Source: a virus
Direction: 5' to 3' (one strand)
Virus record (IMG/VR): IMGVR_UViG_3300045978_000284
Span: 44,432 to 108,431 of that record
DNA: 64,000 bases
The notes below the pieces were generated by a model, which saw only the letters and a program-made list of their open reading frames with translations, made no database searches and was not told the origin of the DNA. Below are positions 39,070-49,784 of this stretch, piece by piece (the first letter of the stretch is position 1; each line of letters begins with the position of its first letter). The translations under genes were made by a program, and so were the position numbers.

Positions 39070-39440
39070 TGGGAACAGGACGGACGATGCGAAGCATCCT
39101 GATCGTGGCGCTGCTCGTGTGCCACCCGTCGGTGGTTGCCGCCCAGAAGTCGTATGTCGCCGACTCCACGGTGGCGGACTTGCGGCGCGAGGTCCGCCAG
39201 ATGAACGGCGCGATCCCCGAGGCTGGGGATGCCTATCTGGTGGGCGTCGCCAGGGGCGCGATGATCTACGCGAGCGGATTCTTCACCTGCTCGAACCCTG
39301 GCACGGTCGCCGAGCTCGCGTACTACCTCATGGTGTTGGCCGAACCCACCTGGACGGTTCAGAAGGCCATGTACCGCGAGCACACGCTCCGAGGATGCAC
39401 GCTCAGTCCCGGCATCATCGAGTACCTGCGCCGTCAGTGA
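39069..39440 (+). CDS. Small exported protein (Rap1a/Tai-like?)
   Basis: Signal peptide; 'YLVGV...TC...TVAELAYYL'. Confidence 0.5.
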   Translation: MGTGRTMRSILIVALLVCHPSVVAAQKSYVADSTVADLRREVRQMNGAIPEAGDAYLVGVARGAMIYASGFFTCSNPGTVAELAYYLMVLAEPTWTVQKAMYREHTLRGCTLSPGIIEYLRRQ

Positions 39441-39459
39441 GCGGCGTAGGCGGCGCGCC

Positions 39460-39508
39460 TTGCAATCCGGTGGCGCCGCCCGCACACTGTCTCCGTGATG
39501 ATATATCC
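39460..39508 (+). promoter_or_regulatory. Repeated early promoter copy (variant)
   Basis: TTGCAA-N17-CACACT-GTCTCC-GTG-ATGATATATCC. Confidence 0.7.
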
Positions 39509-40235
39509 GTGTCACCAACCCAACCATAGGAGGCGCCAATGCTGCACTTCGACGTGAAGATCCCGGCCAGTCTCACCCTCGCCGCCACGGACGAGGAGGA
39601 CGCGCGGCGCAAGCTGCGTGACCACCGATACGCCCTTGCGAGCACCCTGGGTGACCGCGGACCCGAGGTGTCGGCCATCGCCCTCGACGTCGACCAGGCG
39701 ACCATCGCCGAGCACGTCCACCAGTACGAGTTCCAGCGCTACTGCGGCGCCCGGGTCTGCTCGGTCTGCGAGGACCACAAGGGTCTCGCGCGCTGCTTCT
39801 GCGGCTGGGCCGAGTCGGGCGGCGATGGGCGACGCGAGCTGGAAGAGATGGGCGAGACCATCGACGAGGAGGCGTAGATGCGAAGGGGAATCCGGCCCGT
39901 CGACGGAACAGGGGGCCCTCGCTCGCGCGAGATCGTGGCCTTCTGCCAGACCATCGCCACCAAGGAAGAGCTCAGCTTCACCTACGACATGCTCAAGCTC
40001 AGATCGCGAGCCCTGGAGGCCCAGCTCGGGGCGTCGTTCAACATCGGAGACGTCGTCGCGTTCCGTGGCCGCCGGAGCCAGGGCATGGTGACGGGCACCG
40101 TCGTCGGCTTGGGCGCCCGGATCAAGGTGCGCGCCGACTCGTACAGCTTCTTCGGGAAGCCCGGACCGAATGAGGTCTGGCGCGTGCCCCCGAGCCTGCT
40201 ATCCCCGGCCAAGACCTGAGACCAAGGAGGAGCCA

Positions 40236-41102
40236 ATGACCCCGAGTCACTACATCGTGTGGGGACTCCTGTCCCTGCCGGTCAAGGCGAACCTCGCCGC
40301 GGCCGACGAGCGCCTGGAGCTCCGCAACCTGCACCGGCCCTGCCGGTCCCTGCTCAAGCAGACGCCGAACGTGTGCGCGGCGTGCGCCAAGCCGGTCCCT
40401 CCCACCATCGACGAGAAGCCGAACCCTGATCTCGTGAAGGGGTACGAGCAGGGCAAGGGCTCGTGGGTGATCCTCACCACGGAGGAGATCGCGGCGCTGG
40501 CCGATGAGAAGGACAAGACGGCCGAGGTCGTGGCCTTCATCCCGGCGGCGTCCATCGACCCGGTGTACTTCGCGAAGTCGTACAACCTGGAGCCGGCGGA
40601 CGCCCCGACGTCGAAGCCGTTCTCGCTGCTGCGGGCCACCATGGAGCGCGAGTCGATGGTGGCGATCATCGAGTACAAGGGCTCGGGCCGCGACAAGCTG
40701 GGGGCCATCCGCGTCACCCCGGCGGGCCTGATGCTCCACGAGCTGTACTACGCGGCCGAGGTCCGCGCCTTCTCGTCGAAGACCTGGAAGCCGGACATCC
40801 AGCTGTCCGAGGCCGAGCACCGTGCCGCCGCGGCGCTCCTGCAGCAGTTCAGGACGGAGTGGACCCCCGAGGCCTATGTGAACAAGTACAACGCCCGGGC
40901 CGCGGCTCTCATCCAGTCGAAGCAAGACGGCCAGGTCATCGAGGTCCAGGCGCCGACCCGACCGACCGCCAAGGTGGTCGATCTGGCGGATGCCCTCACC
41001 CAGTCCCTCGCGCTTCGGTCCGCGAAGGCGGCGGACGTAGACGCGCCGAAGCCGGCGGTGCCGGTCAAGGCGGGAAAGACGAAGAAAGGCCGTGCCGCGT
41101 AG
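40236..41102 (+). CDS. ku: Ku DNA end-binding protein
   Basis: 'WGLLSLPVK...LVKGYE...IDPVYFAKSYNLEP...LMLHELYYAAEVR...VVDLADALTQSL'. Confidence 0.92.
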   Translation: MTPSHYIVWGLLSLPVKANLAAADERLELRNLHRPCRSLLKQTPNVCAACAKPVPPTIDEKPNPDLVKGYEQGKGSWVILTTEEIAALADEKDKTAEVVAFIPAASIDPVYFAKSYNLEPADAPTSKPFSLLRATMERESMVAIIEYKGSGRDKLGAIRVTPAGLMLHELYYAAEVRAFSSKTWKPDIQLSEAEHRAAAALLQQFRTEWTPEAYVNKYNARAAALIQSKQDGQVIEVQAPTRPTAKVVDLADALTQSLALRSAKAADVDAPKPAVPVKAGKTKKGRAA

Positions 41103-41337
41103 ACCAATCATCGCGCTCGTCATCCTCGCAGCCGTGGTGCTCACCGGCTGCGCCCGCGTCGTCTGGGTTCGCTCGGGCCTGACCGCGGCCGAGTGGAACC
41201 AGGACAGCTACCAGTGCGAGAAGGATGCCCGGCAGAGCGGGTATTTCGGCACGGGCTGGGTGGCTCAGATCGAGATGGAGCGCTTCATGGAGCGATGCCT
41301 GCTGTCGAAGGGCTACAGCAAGCAGATCGTCCAGTGA
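41092..41337 (+). CDS. Small lipoprotein
   Basis: Lipobox LTGC; 'DSYQC...CLLSKGY'. Confidence 0.7.
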   Translation: MPRRPIIALVILAAVVLTGCARVVWVRSGLTAAEWNQDSYQCEKDARQSGYFGTGWVAQIEMERFMERCLLSKGYSKQIVQ

Positions 41338-41904
41338 AGACCCAGGGCAGCATCTCGCTCTCGAAGATCCGAGGACTGCAGCGGGCGCTCCGGATCCGGT
41401 CGGGCGCGTTGAACCCGACGGAGCGCCTGATGCTCACCGCGATCGCGGACGGGAAGGTGCTCTGTCTCGGCATCGACCCGCTCTGCATGGCCGCCCCCGT
41501 CGGGATCGGCTTCGCGGTCGCCGGCGTCGGTGAGGGCACCGTGGTCGCGGTCCATGTGCTCGCGGACCTGGTGCGCGCCGGCCTCGTGGTGGCGGAGGCC
41601 AACCAGCCGATGCGCTTGGTTGTCCCACCCGAATGGTCCTGAAAGGAGGCCCTATGACCCGCCCGCGAACCCGAAGGGCTGGAAGGCACGAGTACGACCC
41701 CGACTTCGACCCCGGCGATGCCGGCGACGGCACCCGCTTCGCCGACCCGGGCGGCCGCTCGGCGCTGCGGGCTGCTGGCAGGGGCAACCCGCGCAACAGG
41801 CCATGCCCGTCCTGCGGCAGAAGAAACATGCTGACCCCGGCGGACGTCGCGCGGGGCTACCAGTGTGATCGCTGCTCGGACCGAACGGAGATGGGGCTCG
41901 ATCC

Positions 41905-42297
41905 GTGACGCTTGCAGAGCGCAAGGCCAGGGCACGGGCCTTCATATCTGAGCTGAGGAGCCGGACGGTCTGTAAACGCTGCGGTCGCCAGCCTATCGAC
42001 TGGCACCGCGAGGAGCATGCACTGAACCATAACTGGCGTGTCTCTGGTAGGGCGGCACGCGGCAACTCCCCTCGTGTTCTGCAGGAGGAGGTGGATAAAT
42101 GCGAGCCGCTCTGTCGTCGCTGCCACATGCTCGCCGACGGTCGGCTGGCGGCTCTTGTGGCGAATCGTCCGTGGAAGCCCGGTATGAGGATCGCACCGCG
42201 TCCATGCGCGAGGTGCGGACAGGAGGTCAACCCAATGCGCAAAGGTTTGTGTCGCCGTTGTTACGACAGGGTCCGCCGAGCACAGGGCGGGCCATGA
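41905..42297 (+). CDS. HNH endonuclease-like Zn-finger protein
   Basis: CKRCG...DWH...KCEPLCRRCH; more AT-rich codons than neighbours. Confidence 0.7.
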   Translation: MTLAERKARARAFISELRSRTVCKRCGRQPIDWHREEHALNHNWRVSGRAARGNSPRVLQEEVDKCEPLCRRCHMLADGRLAALVANRPWKPGMRIAPRPCARCGQEVNPMRKGLCRRCYDRVRRAQGGP

Positions 42298-42707
42298 AAG
42301 CGGTCGAGCCGCTCCGCCTGCGGGACAGTGACGCCGGCCGTCTCTACGATCTCGGGATCGAGGCCAGGCGCCTCTATCTCGCGGACTACCTGGCCCGCCA
42401 CCACGGCAACCGGAGCGCGGCCGCGCGGGCTCTCGGGATGCAGCGAGCCTACCTCTGCAGGCTGGCGAAAGAGCTGGGCCTGAACGACTCGTCGCGGCCG
42501 ACCGCGGGCCGCCATCCAGACACGCCCCACGACCTGGGGCGGCTGCCGGGACCGATCGACCTGGTCGCGCTGCTGGCGGAAGGGATGCAGCTGGTATACG
42601 CCCTTGGCCGGTCGTCGCCAGCCCTGACCGCCTGGGCCGACAAGGTGTCGATGGCCACGCAGCCATTCGACGCCACCACACTCAAGAAACTGAGGAGGGG
42701 ACGATGA
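42294..42707 (+). CDS. Fis-type HTH protein
   Basis: 'HGNRSAAARALGMQRAYLCRLAKELGL'. Confidence 0.75.
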   Translation: MKAVEPLRLRDSDAGRLYDLGIEARRLYLADYLARHHGNRSAAARALGMQRAYLCRLAKELGLNDSSRPTAGRHPDTPHDLGRLPGPIDLVALLAEGMQLVYALGRSSPALTAWADKVSMATQPFDATTLKKLRRGR

Positions 42708-45700
42708 GCGACACCGAGAGCAGGCCGATCACGGACGAGCGCATCCTGGAGCTGGTCCAGCGCGAGCGTTCCATCGAGGGCACCGAGCGCGAGATCTCCT
42801 TCGAGTGGGACTTCGGGGGCAGCGTCGAGGACTACGACGCGGCCATCAGCGAGATGCGGGCCCGGATCGCCAGGATCTTCCGCGCGTGGCTGGTGGAGAG
42901 CGTAGACGATCCCGAGCGCTACACCAAGGCGTGGACCCAGGCTGACATCGTGTATGACGGCTGGGGCACCCGGACGCTGCGCGAGATCACCATCCCGGTC
43001 CGGCGCGGCACCGAGACCTGGCGCCTCGTCGCCACGCCCAACGACGCGGTCACCTGGCAGCACTGCCGCTACTCCTCCGGGCTGCGCCCGGCCTTCTCGC
43101 CCCTGGACTTCGCGCGCCTCCGGTTCTTCACCGATCTCACCGAGAAGCTCTGTCCGGTCTGCGGCGTGCTCGTCAAGCTGCAGGACCACACCAAGGACGG
43201 CCGGTTGGTCGGGACTTGCGGCGACGCCTTCACCATGAACCAGTGGGACGCCTGCCCGGACTGCGGCGCCAGCGACGTGCTCGAGGGCTGCGAGCCCGCC
43301 TGCTCCGGGCAGAAGTACCCGATCGCGCCGCTCGGGCGCTGAAAGGCAGCCATGTCGTCCTACGCCTCGATGCGCCTGATGATCGGCGGGAACCTGACCG
43401 CCGCGATCGCCGGCGAGCTGGTCGCGCGACTCGCCTTGACCCCGCTGCCCACGGACTGGGGCGACGCCCCGTGGACGCCCTCGGAGCCGTCCGACCTGCT
43501 TCGAGTGGCGGCGTTCGACGAGGGGATCCTCACGTTCCGAGACGACAGCGCCTCGTGGACGAACTGGACCGAGGAGGGGAGCCTCGACAAGTGGCTCGTC
43601 GACCACCAGGTGGCCCATGACCGGCTGATCTCCGATGCGGAGGGCGCATCGCTCCGCCTGTACCGCCCTGGCATGGAGCACCCCCTGGAGTTCCAGGCTG
43701 ACAACGACGGGGACATCGTGCTCGCAGAGAGCTACGTCCGGGCGGCCATCGCGCTGCTCGACGAAGGCGAGATCGAGAAGGCTCGCGCCATGCTGAGCGA
43801 GAACATCGCGGCCGGTATCCCCAATCTGGAGCGGCTCACCATCGAGGGCCTGGAGGCCGTGGCGCGAGCCTGGGCCGCCAAGTCATGAGGGGGCGCCGGG
43901 CTGGACGCGCACCGACGCCTTCATCGGTGGCAAGACGCGCGGCGTCGCCTGGACCCACCGATCCGGATTCGTGGTCCGGCACTGTGGACACCCGACAGCG
44001 AACTACCCGTACTACATCGAGACACCGGAGGGCGAGATGCTCGTCGCACCGAATGGCCGTGGCTTCCGCAGGCTCAAGGAGGCCCAGGCCGCGGTCGAGC
44101 TGCTCGCCCTGAAGAGGAGGAGCCAATGAGTGCCATCATCGACCTGGCGCGCTGCGCCCGGGCCAGGACAATCCTCGTGGTGAAGGGATCCCCGCACGGT
44201 GAGGTCCGCGCCAAGGCCATCGAGGACGCGATCACCGCGTTCCAGCTGGAGGGCGCGCAGGCGCTTCGCGAGGGGTTCATCGGCGTCAAGAACTACGCTC
44301 ACTTCGGCGACCAGCGCTCCGACCATCGGTATGGGTATGGTCCGGCACACGGCGTCCTCGTCTTTACGATCACGCGGCACGACACGGGCGAAGAGTGTGC
44401 GACCTCCGACGCCGTGTACTTCCTCGAAGCGGTCCGCGACTTCGGAACGGTCATGCGTCCCCGGCCCGACCGCCCCAGTCTCGTGGAGCCCTGGAATCTC
44501 TGCGATGTGCTGGATCGCCTCCAGAAGATCGACCATGAGCGCGCGGAGCTGTGCCAGGTCCTCGCCGCGGTCGAGATCGAATCCAGTGAAGTGCCCTCAG
44601 CGTGAGCCCGCGGCGGGCGTGGCCCATCGCTCTCCTGGCCGGGTTCACGATCGGTGTCCTCGCATCGCTCATCGGCCCGGTCCCGTGACCTGTCCTGGCC
44701 CTCCTCGCGGTGGCGTGGGGGGCGGTCGGCATCCTGGGCCTGCTCGGACACTGGTCGTGAGCCGTCCCCTCCCGACAGCCGTCCTTCGCTAACCGACCGG
44801 CCCGCGGCCGCTGCGCTTGAACCGTGGCGGCCGTAATGATACGTTATCACCATGCGACGATACCGCTATGCCATCGTGAACCAGCACGGCGACACCGTTG
44901 CCCGCACCGACGCCAGGATGTGGGCCGAGACGCTCTTCGAGCGCGAAAAGCGCAACTGGCGCAGCGTCGAGCTGCGGGACGTGCTCTACGATCGCGTCGT
45001 GCTCGCCTGGGAACAGCCCCGCAGTCCGCTCGAAGGTGACCCGTTCTTTGATCCGCAGGAGGAACCCCAAGGAGACCCTCCCCCATGAGACACACCCCGG
45101 GGCCGTACTGGTCGACCGCGACCGCGACCGACACCGGCTGGACGATCTGGAAGGATGGCGAACGGCTGGCGGCCGTAGACGCCAGGCCGACCGAGACGGA
45201 GGGCGAGGCCAATCGCCTCCTCTTCGAGAAAGCGCCCGCGATGCGGGCCATGCTCGACAGGGTCCACGCCATGACGCTGCACGCCCTGGAAGGGGACGTG
45301 CCGGTGGCCGATGAGTGGACCGAGCTGCAAGCTGACCTCGCCGAGCTGCTGTCCGCACTCGATGGACTCGCAGCTGGGGAGAAACGATGACGATAGACGA
45401 GTCGGACGCCAGCCGTATCGCCGAGGCAATCCGTGACGAGCTGGGGTGGACTGCCATCGAGGAACCAGCGAAGTGGTGTCGGACCATCACCCGGGAGGAC
45501 GGCGCCGGGATCTACCTGCACTTCCAGTGGAACGGGGAGCGGGTGGAGGTGACGGGCCGCTGGCCCCGCGGCCCCGCCGGATCCTACGCCCCGCGCGGCA
45601 CTCCGAAGATCTCGTTCTCGATCACCCGCTCCACCCACTCGATGGCGGCCGACATCAAGCGCCGGTTTCTGCCGGAGTACATCCGGTTGTACCTCGACGC

Positions 45701-47039
45701 GCTGGACTCCGCCCAGCGAGACCAGGCTGACCACGACCGGGCCGTGAAGCGCATCGAGGAGCTGGGGATGAGGCGCGCCAAGCATGAGAACGGGTCGAAG
45801 CTCACCGGGTACTTCTCAGCCGGACGGGCTGAGACTTACCGCGGCGAGACCTGGCACGTCACCCTGGACAGCGTCCCGGACGCCACCATGGACGAGCTGA
45901 TGGCCGTAATCAGCCGTAAGAAACCGGCATCCCTGGATGGCCTCGAGGTGGCTGCGCGCATCGCCGAGACCTGGTGCGACGAGGGCCACACCCAGCTGCA
46001 GCGGGACACCGCGAAGACCATCGCGGCCGCGATCCGGGCAGCCCGATGACACCTGGCGAGGCCTTCAGCAATCTCCTCTCGGCGGTGGACGTCCTGCGCA
46101 GCCACGCGCGCAGCAAGAACCCCAATCTCCGACGTGGTGCGCTCGACAACCTGTATGCCCATGCCGATGCCGCCAGGCTGGCGCTGGGCGAGGCCCGCGG
46201 GACCAAGGTGGAGTTCTTCCTGTGCCCGGATGACATCACCTGGGAAGACTCCGACCCCGACGATGGCCGTGGGCTCGTGCGCGTCGAGATCTTCGGCGTC
46301 GCTCACCACCTGTGCCTGGTCCCGGTGACGACGGACGCGGAGGGTGTCCAGCGTGGCCGGACGACATACGCGGACTCCGACCTGGACGCGCTCCAGGCGC
46401 TCTATGAGGTCTCGGCCTATACAACCGTCGAAGTGCCCGGGCGTGAGGGCGAGTACGTGGTCTACCTGCATCCGGCGGAGGACTGATATGGCCATCTCGC
46501 CGAGAGCCCTCAACAAGTGGTACGACGCGCAGCCGGACACCCAGACGTGCTCCGACTGCGGGATGGTCGGGCACAAGATGCACATTTCTCCGCAGCATCC
46601 GTCGTGGACCGGCGGGAAGGAGGGGATGGCCTACTGCACGGACTGTCACAATCGCCGCTACTACGAGCGCCGCGCCGCCCGCAAGGCCCAGCTCGCGGCG
46701 CGCCCCAAGGACTGCGTCCGGTGCGGGAAGCGCCCGCATACCTGGACGCTCGCCGGCTGGAAGCTCTGCGGTCCGTGCAAGACCGCGACGCTGCGCGAGC
46801 ACCATGTCGCCGCGTCGGGCGCCGGCTTCCTGGGCCTGCTCGCAACGTCCCCGATGGTAGACACGTCTGGCTGGGCCGGCCGCCAGGCACCGCTCACGGC
46901 GTCCGACGAGCCGGTGGCGGTCGTGACCGTGACGCGCCGGCTCCGCAAAGACGAGGCCCAGACGCTGATGTACGAGGTTCGCGCAACAGACGGATGGATC
47001 GGCCATGCGTGGCCTGATGAGCTGAAGCCGGTCCGATGA
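42704..47039 (+). other. Cluster of small hypothetical early genes, several with CxxC pairs (42704-43342, 43352-43888, 44126-44605, 44852-45088, 45085-45390, 45387-46049, 46046-46486, 46488-47039)
   Basis: Coupled co-oriented ORFs with SD sites or ATGA overlaps. Confidence 0.6.
44817..44854 (+). promoter_or_regulatory. Repeated early promoter copy with palindrome; leaderless start
   Basis: TTGAAC-N17-TACGTT-ATCACC-ATG, containing TGATA-CGT-TATCA; the ATG opens 44852-45088. Confidence 0.75.
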
Positions 47040-47233
47040 TCGACGAGGCTCCCGCTCGAGAGACTCCCCGCGCGCGCACCTGCGCCGACTGCGGGGAGCG
47101 GGCCGTGGTGCCCCCCGGGGAGGAGCTGGGCGGCATCTGCCTGATGTGCGGCGCCGACAACACCTGCTCGTCCTGCGGTGAGCTGCGGCTCGGCCACCGC
47201 TGCGAGTTCTAACCAAAGAGAGGAGACCAACCA

Positions 47234-47737
47234 ATGGCGACAGCACGCTACATCCCGATCACCGAGGTTGCGGTGATGGTCCGCACCGCGTTGAAGAAGG
47301 CCTTCCCGACCACCAAGTTCAGCGTGCGCTCCAAGTCCTATTCCGGCGGCTGCCACATCGACGTCCGCTGGGACGACGGTCCGCCGCCGCGCCGCGTCCA
47401 CAAGGTCACCGACTACTTCAGCGGGACCGGGTTCGACGGCATGACGGACAGCACCACGCACCATGATCGCGTGCTGAACGGCGAGCCCGTCCACTTCGCC
47501 GGCAGCAGCCCGAGCTGCCAGCGCCACATCACGGACTGGAAGGCACGCGAGGCCGCGTCCTTGGCCATGCTCAAGGAGCGGCTCCACCTGGACGAGCACG
47601 GGCGCTTCGGCGAGTACCACGTCGACATGCTGGCTGGCTCCATGGCCAACTCCGGCGACTACCGCCGAGCGGACTGGCTGGAGGACGCCTATCGCTTCGT
47701 GATCCTGCACGAGGAGGACCAGGAGGAGAGCAAGTGA
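47234..47737 (+). CDS. LPD29 domain protein
   Basis: 'VRTALKKAFPTTKFSVRSKSYSGGCHIDVRWDDGP...FDGMTD'. Confidence 0.8.
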   Translation: MATARYIPITEVAVMVRTALKKAFPTTKFSVRSKSYSGGCHIDVRWDDGPPPRRVHKVTDYFSGTGFDGMTDSTTHHDRVLNGEPVHFAGSSPSCQRHITDWKAREAASLAMLKERLHLDEHGRFGEYHVDMLAGSMANSGDYRRADWLEDAYRFVILHEEDQEESK

Positions 47738-48471
47738 CGCGCCGCGAGCGGCTCGAAGCGAAGGTCGAGAAGCGGCGCGGCTGGGCGGGCACCCGCCGCG
47801 CCAAGGCGGAAACGCTCGCCAAGCGGGCGGAGCCGTACCGCGGGGACGTGGCCTTCAACACCCAGCCCGGACACATCCCGGAGCGGGCGCGGGTCATCCG
47901 GGCCCTGGACAAGTCGTTCGAGCACCAGAACATGGCGAACCACCACGAGGCCAAAGCGGCCGGGCTGGAGCACCAGCTTGAGCGCTCGGTCTTCTCGGAC
48001 GACCCGGACGCGCTCGAGGCCCTGGCCGCGCGCATCGCGGAGCTGGAGGCCAAGCGCGAGGAGATGAAGGCGTCCAACGCGGCGTTCCGCAAGGGCGATG
48101 CGGTCTGGGCGGCGCACCTCGGGATCACCGTGGAGCAGGCTGCGGCCAGGCGGGCGACGGTCATGGAGGGGTACTCGTGGTGCCGCCAGCCCTACCCGGC
48201 CTATCAGCTGTCCAATCTGGGGAACAACATCAAGCGGCTCCGGGATCGGGTGACCGTCATCACGGCGCGCCAGCAACGGACGGCGCGCGCGGAGGCCTCG
48301 GGGGGCATCACGATCGAAGGCGAGGAGTGGGTGCGCATCACCTTCGCGGAGAAGCCGTCCCGGTCTGTGCTGGCGGAGCTGAGACAGGACTTCCGCTGGT
48401 CGGGAGGGTCATGGATCGGCCAGCGCGCCAAGATCCCGGCCTGCGTGCTCGAGCTCCTGCCGCCAGCCTGA
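47734..48471 (+). CDS. DUF3560 domain protein
   Basis: 'QPGHIPERARV...SDDPDALEAL...YQLSNLGNNIKRLRDR...FAEKP...FRW'. Confidence 0.8.
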   Translation: MTRRERLEAKVEKRRGWAGTRRAKAETLAKRAEPYRGDVAFNTQPGHIPERARVIRALDKSFEHQNMANHHEAKAAGLEHQLERSVFSDDPDALEALAARIAELEAKREEMKASNAAFRKGDAVWAAHLGITVEQAAARRATVMEGYSWCRQPYPAYQLSNLGNNIKRLRDRVTVITARQQRTARAEASGGITIEGEEWVRITFAEKPSRSVLAELRQDFRWSGGSWIGQRAKIPACVLELLPPA

Positions 48472-48486
48472 AGTAGCCGGCCACCG

Positions 48487-48526
48487 TTGAAACGCGGTGG
48501 TCCGAATGCGATGATACGTTATCACT
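48487..48526 (+). promoter_or_regulatory. Promoter/operator copy
   Basis: TTGAAA...TGATACGTTATCAC. Confidence 0.6.
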
Positions 48527-48544
48527 CACACCATGGAGGCGCCG

Positions 48545-49081
48545 ATGCCACGAACCACGTCACCCGAGTTCCCCGTCTGTCTGCTGCTCTTCACGGAGCT
48601 GGACGGGCAGTACTACCGGATCACCCTCCGCGTCCAGAAGCTGGAGGCCGGCCGCCGGATCCGCAACGGGATCGACACCTGGATTGACGATCTCGTCATC
48701 GTCGGCCAGGGCGACGAGCACCAGCGCCGCATCTACAGCTGGTGCGTCGAGTACCGCGACGTCTCGTTCGTCGGCGCCCGCCGCGCCGAGCGGATGCACC
48801 AGACGTTCAAGCGGATCGAGCGCGGACTGGCGCGCATGAGCGAACGCCGCGGCGAGGTGGCCACCTTCCCCGAGTACGTCGGCCGCATCTGCGAGGTCCT
48901 GGGGATCGAGACCATCGTGCGGAAGATTGGCGGCAACTCCTCGTCCTTCGACGAGAACGAGTACCTGCTCATGTCGGCCAGTGGCGGCGTGCACCATCTG
49001 CGCGCGCTGGAACGGGAGTGGGTCGACCGCCTGCAGCAGCTGGACGACGTGCGGGCCGCTTCGCAGGCCGCTGGAGGTTGA
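48545..49081 (+). CDS. Hypothetical protein
   Basis: GGAGGCGCCGATG start context. Confidence 0.6.
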   Translation: MPRTTSPEFPVCLLLFTELDGQYYRITLRVQKLEAGRRIRNGIDTWIDDLVIVGQGDEHQRRIYSWCVEYRDVSFVGARRAERMHQTFKRIERGLARMSERRGEVATFPEYVGRICEVLGIETIVRKIGGNSSSFDENEYLLMSASGGVHHLRALEREWVDRLQQLDDVRAASQAAGG

Positions 49082-49784
49082 GATGGCAGTCCCGCCCATG
49101 ACGGAGTGGGTCAAGCGGAAGGTTATCCACGTGGTCCCGGCCCGCAAAGGCGGGCCGGTCCTGGTGCTCGAGTGCGGGCACACGCGCCGCCACCGTGCCG
49201 ACCATCGGCATTTCCGGTGTTGGCGCTGCACGCGGCGTCATCCCGCCGTGCCGATCGACGAGGCGATCCGGCACGCTCATGAGCTGGCCAAGACGGAGGA
49301 GATCCGCGCGGAATGGGACAACGGCCTCCTTCGATGCGGCCGCTGCCACCGGAGACTTCGATTCGCCGCCGTCGGCAAGGAGCCGATGAAGCGCAAGCGG
49401 CACACGCGGACCGGCAACAAGCGACGCCTCATGGCGTACTGCCAGTGTGGAGCTGTCGTCCCGATCCACCGAGGGACCTGACCATGCGGTGGCTGGCCGA
49501 GATCTACGCGCACCTTCGGGCCCGCCTTCTCGGTCCCGACCCATGGGCGCCGCGCGCGTGGCGTCGAGTCGACGATAGCGCTGGCTGCACCTGGGAGCCC
49601 TGGTCCGATGGGTGGGCGGTGGGGTTCAAGGCCACCTACCGGGGCGAGGTGCGCTACGTGGTCCTGAATCCCTCGTCGCACCCGGAGACCCCGAACGTCT
49701 TTCTCTACGAAGGCAGCGGCGACAACCCGATGGAACAGCCAGTGATTTACCTGGAGCCGTTCGCTCCGAGAAAGGAAGAGGCCA

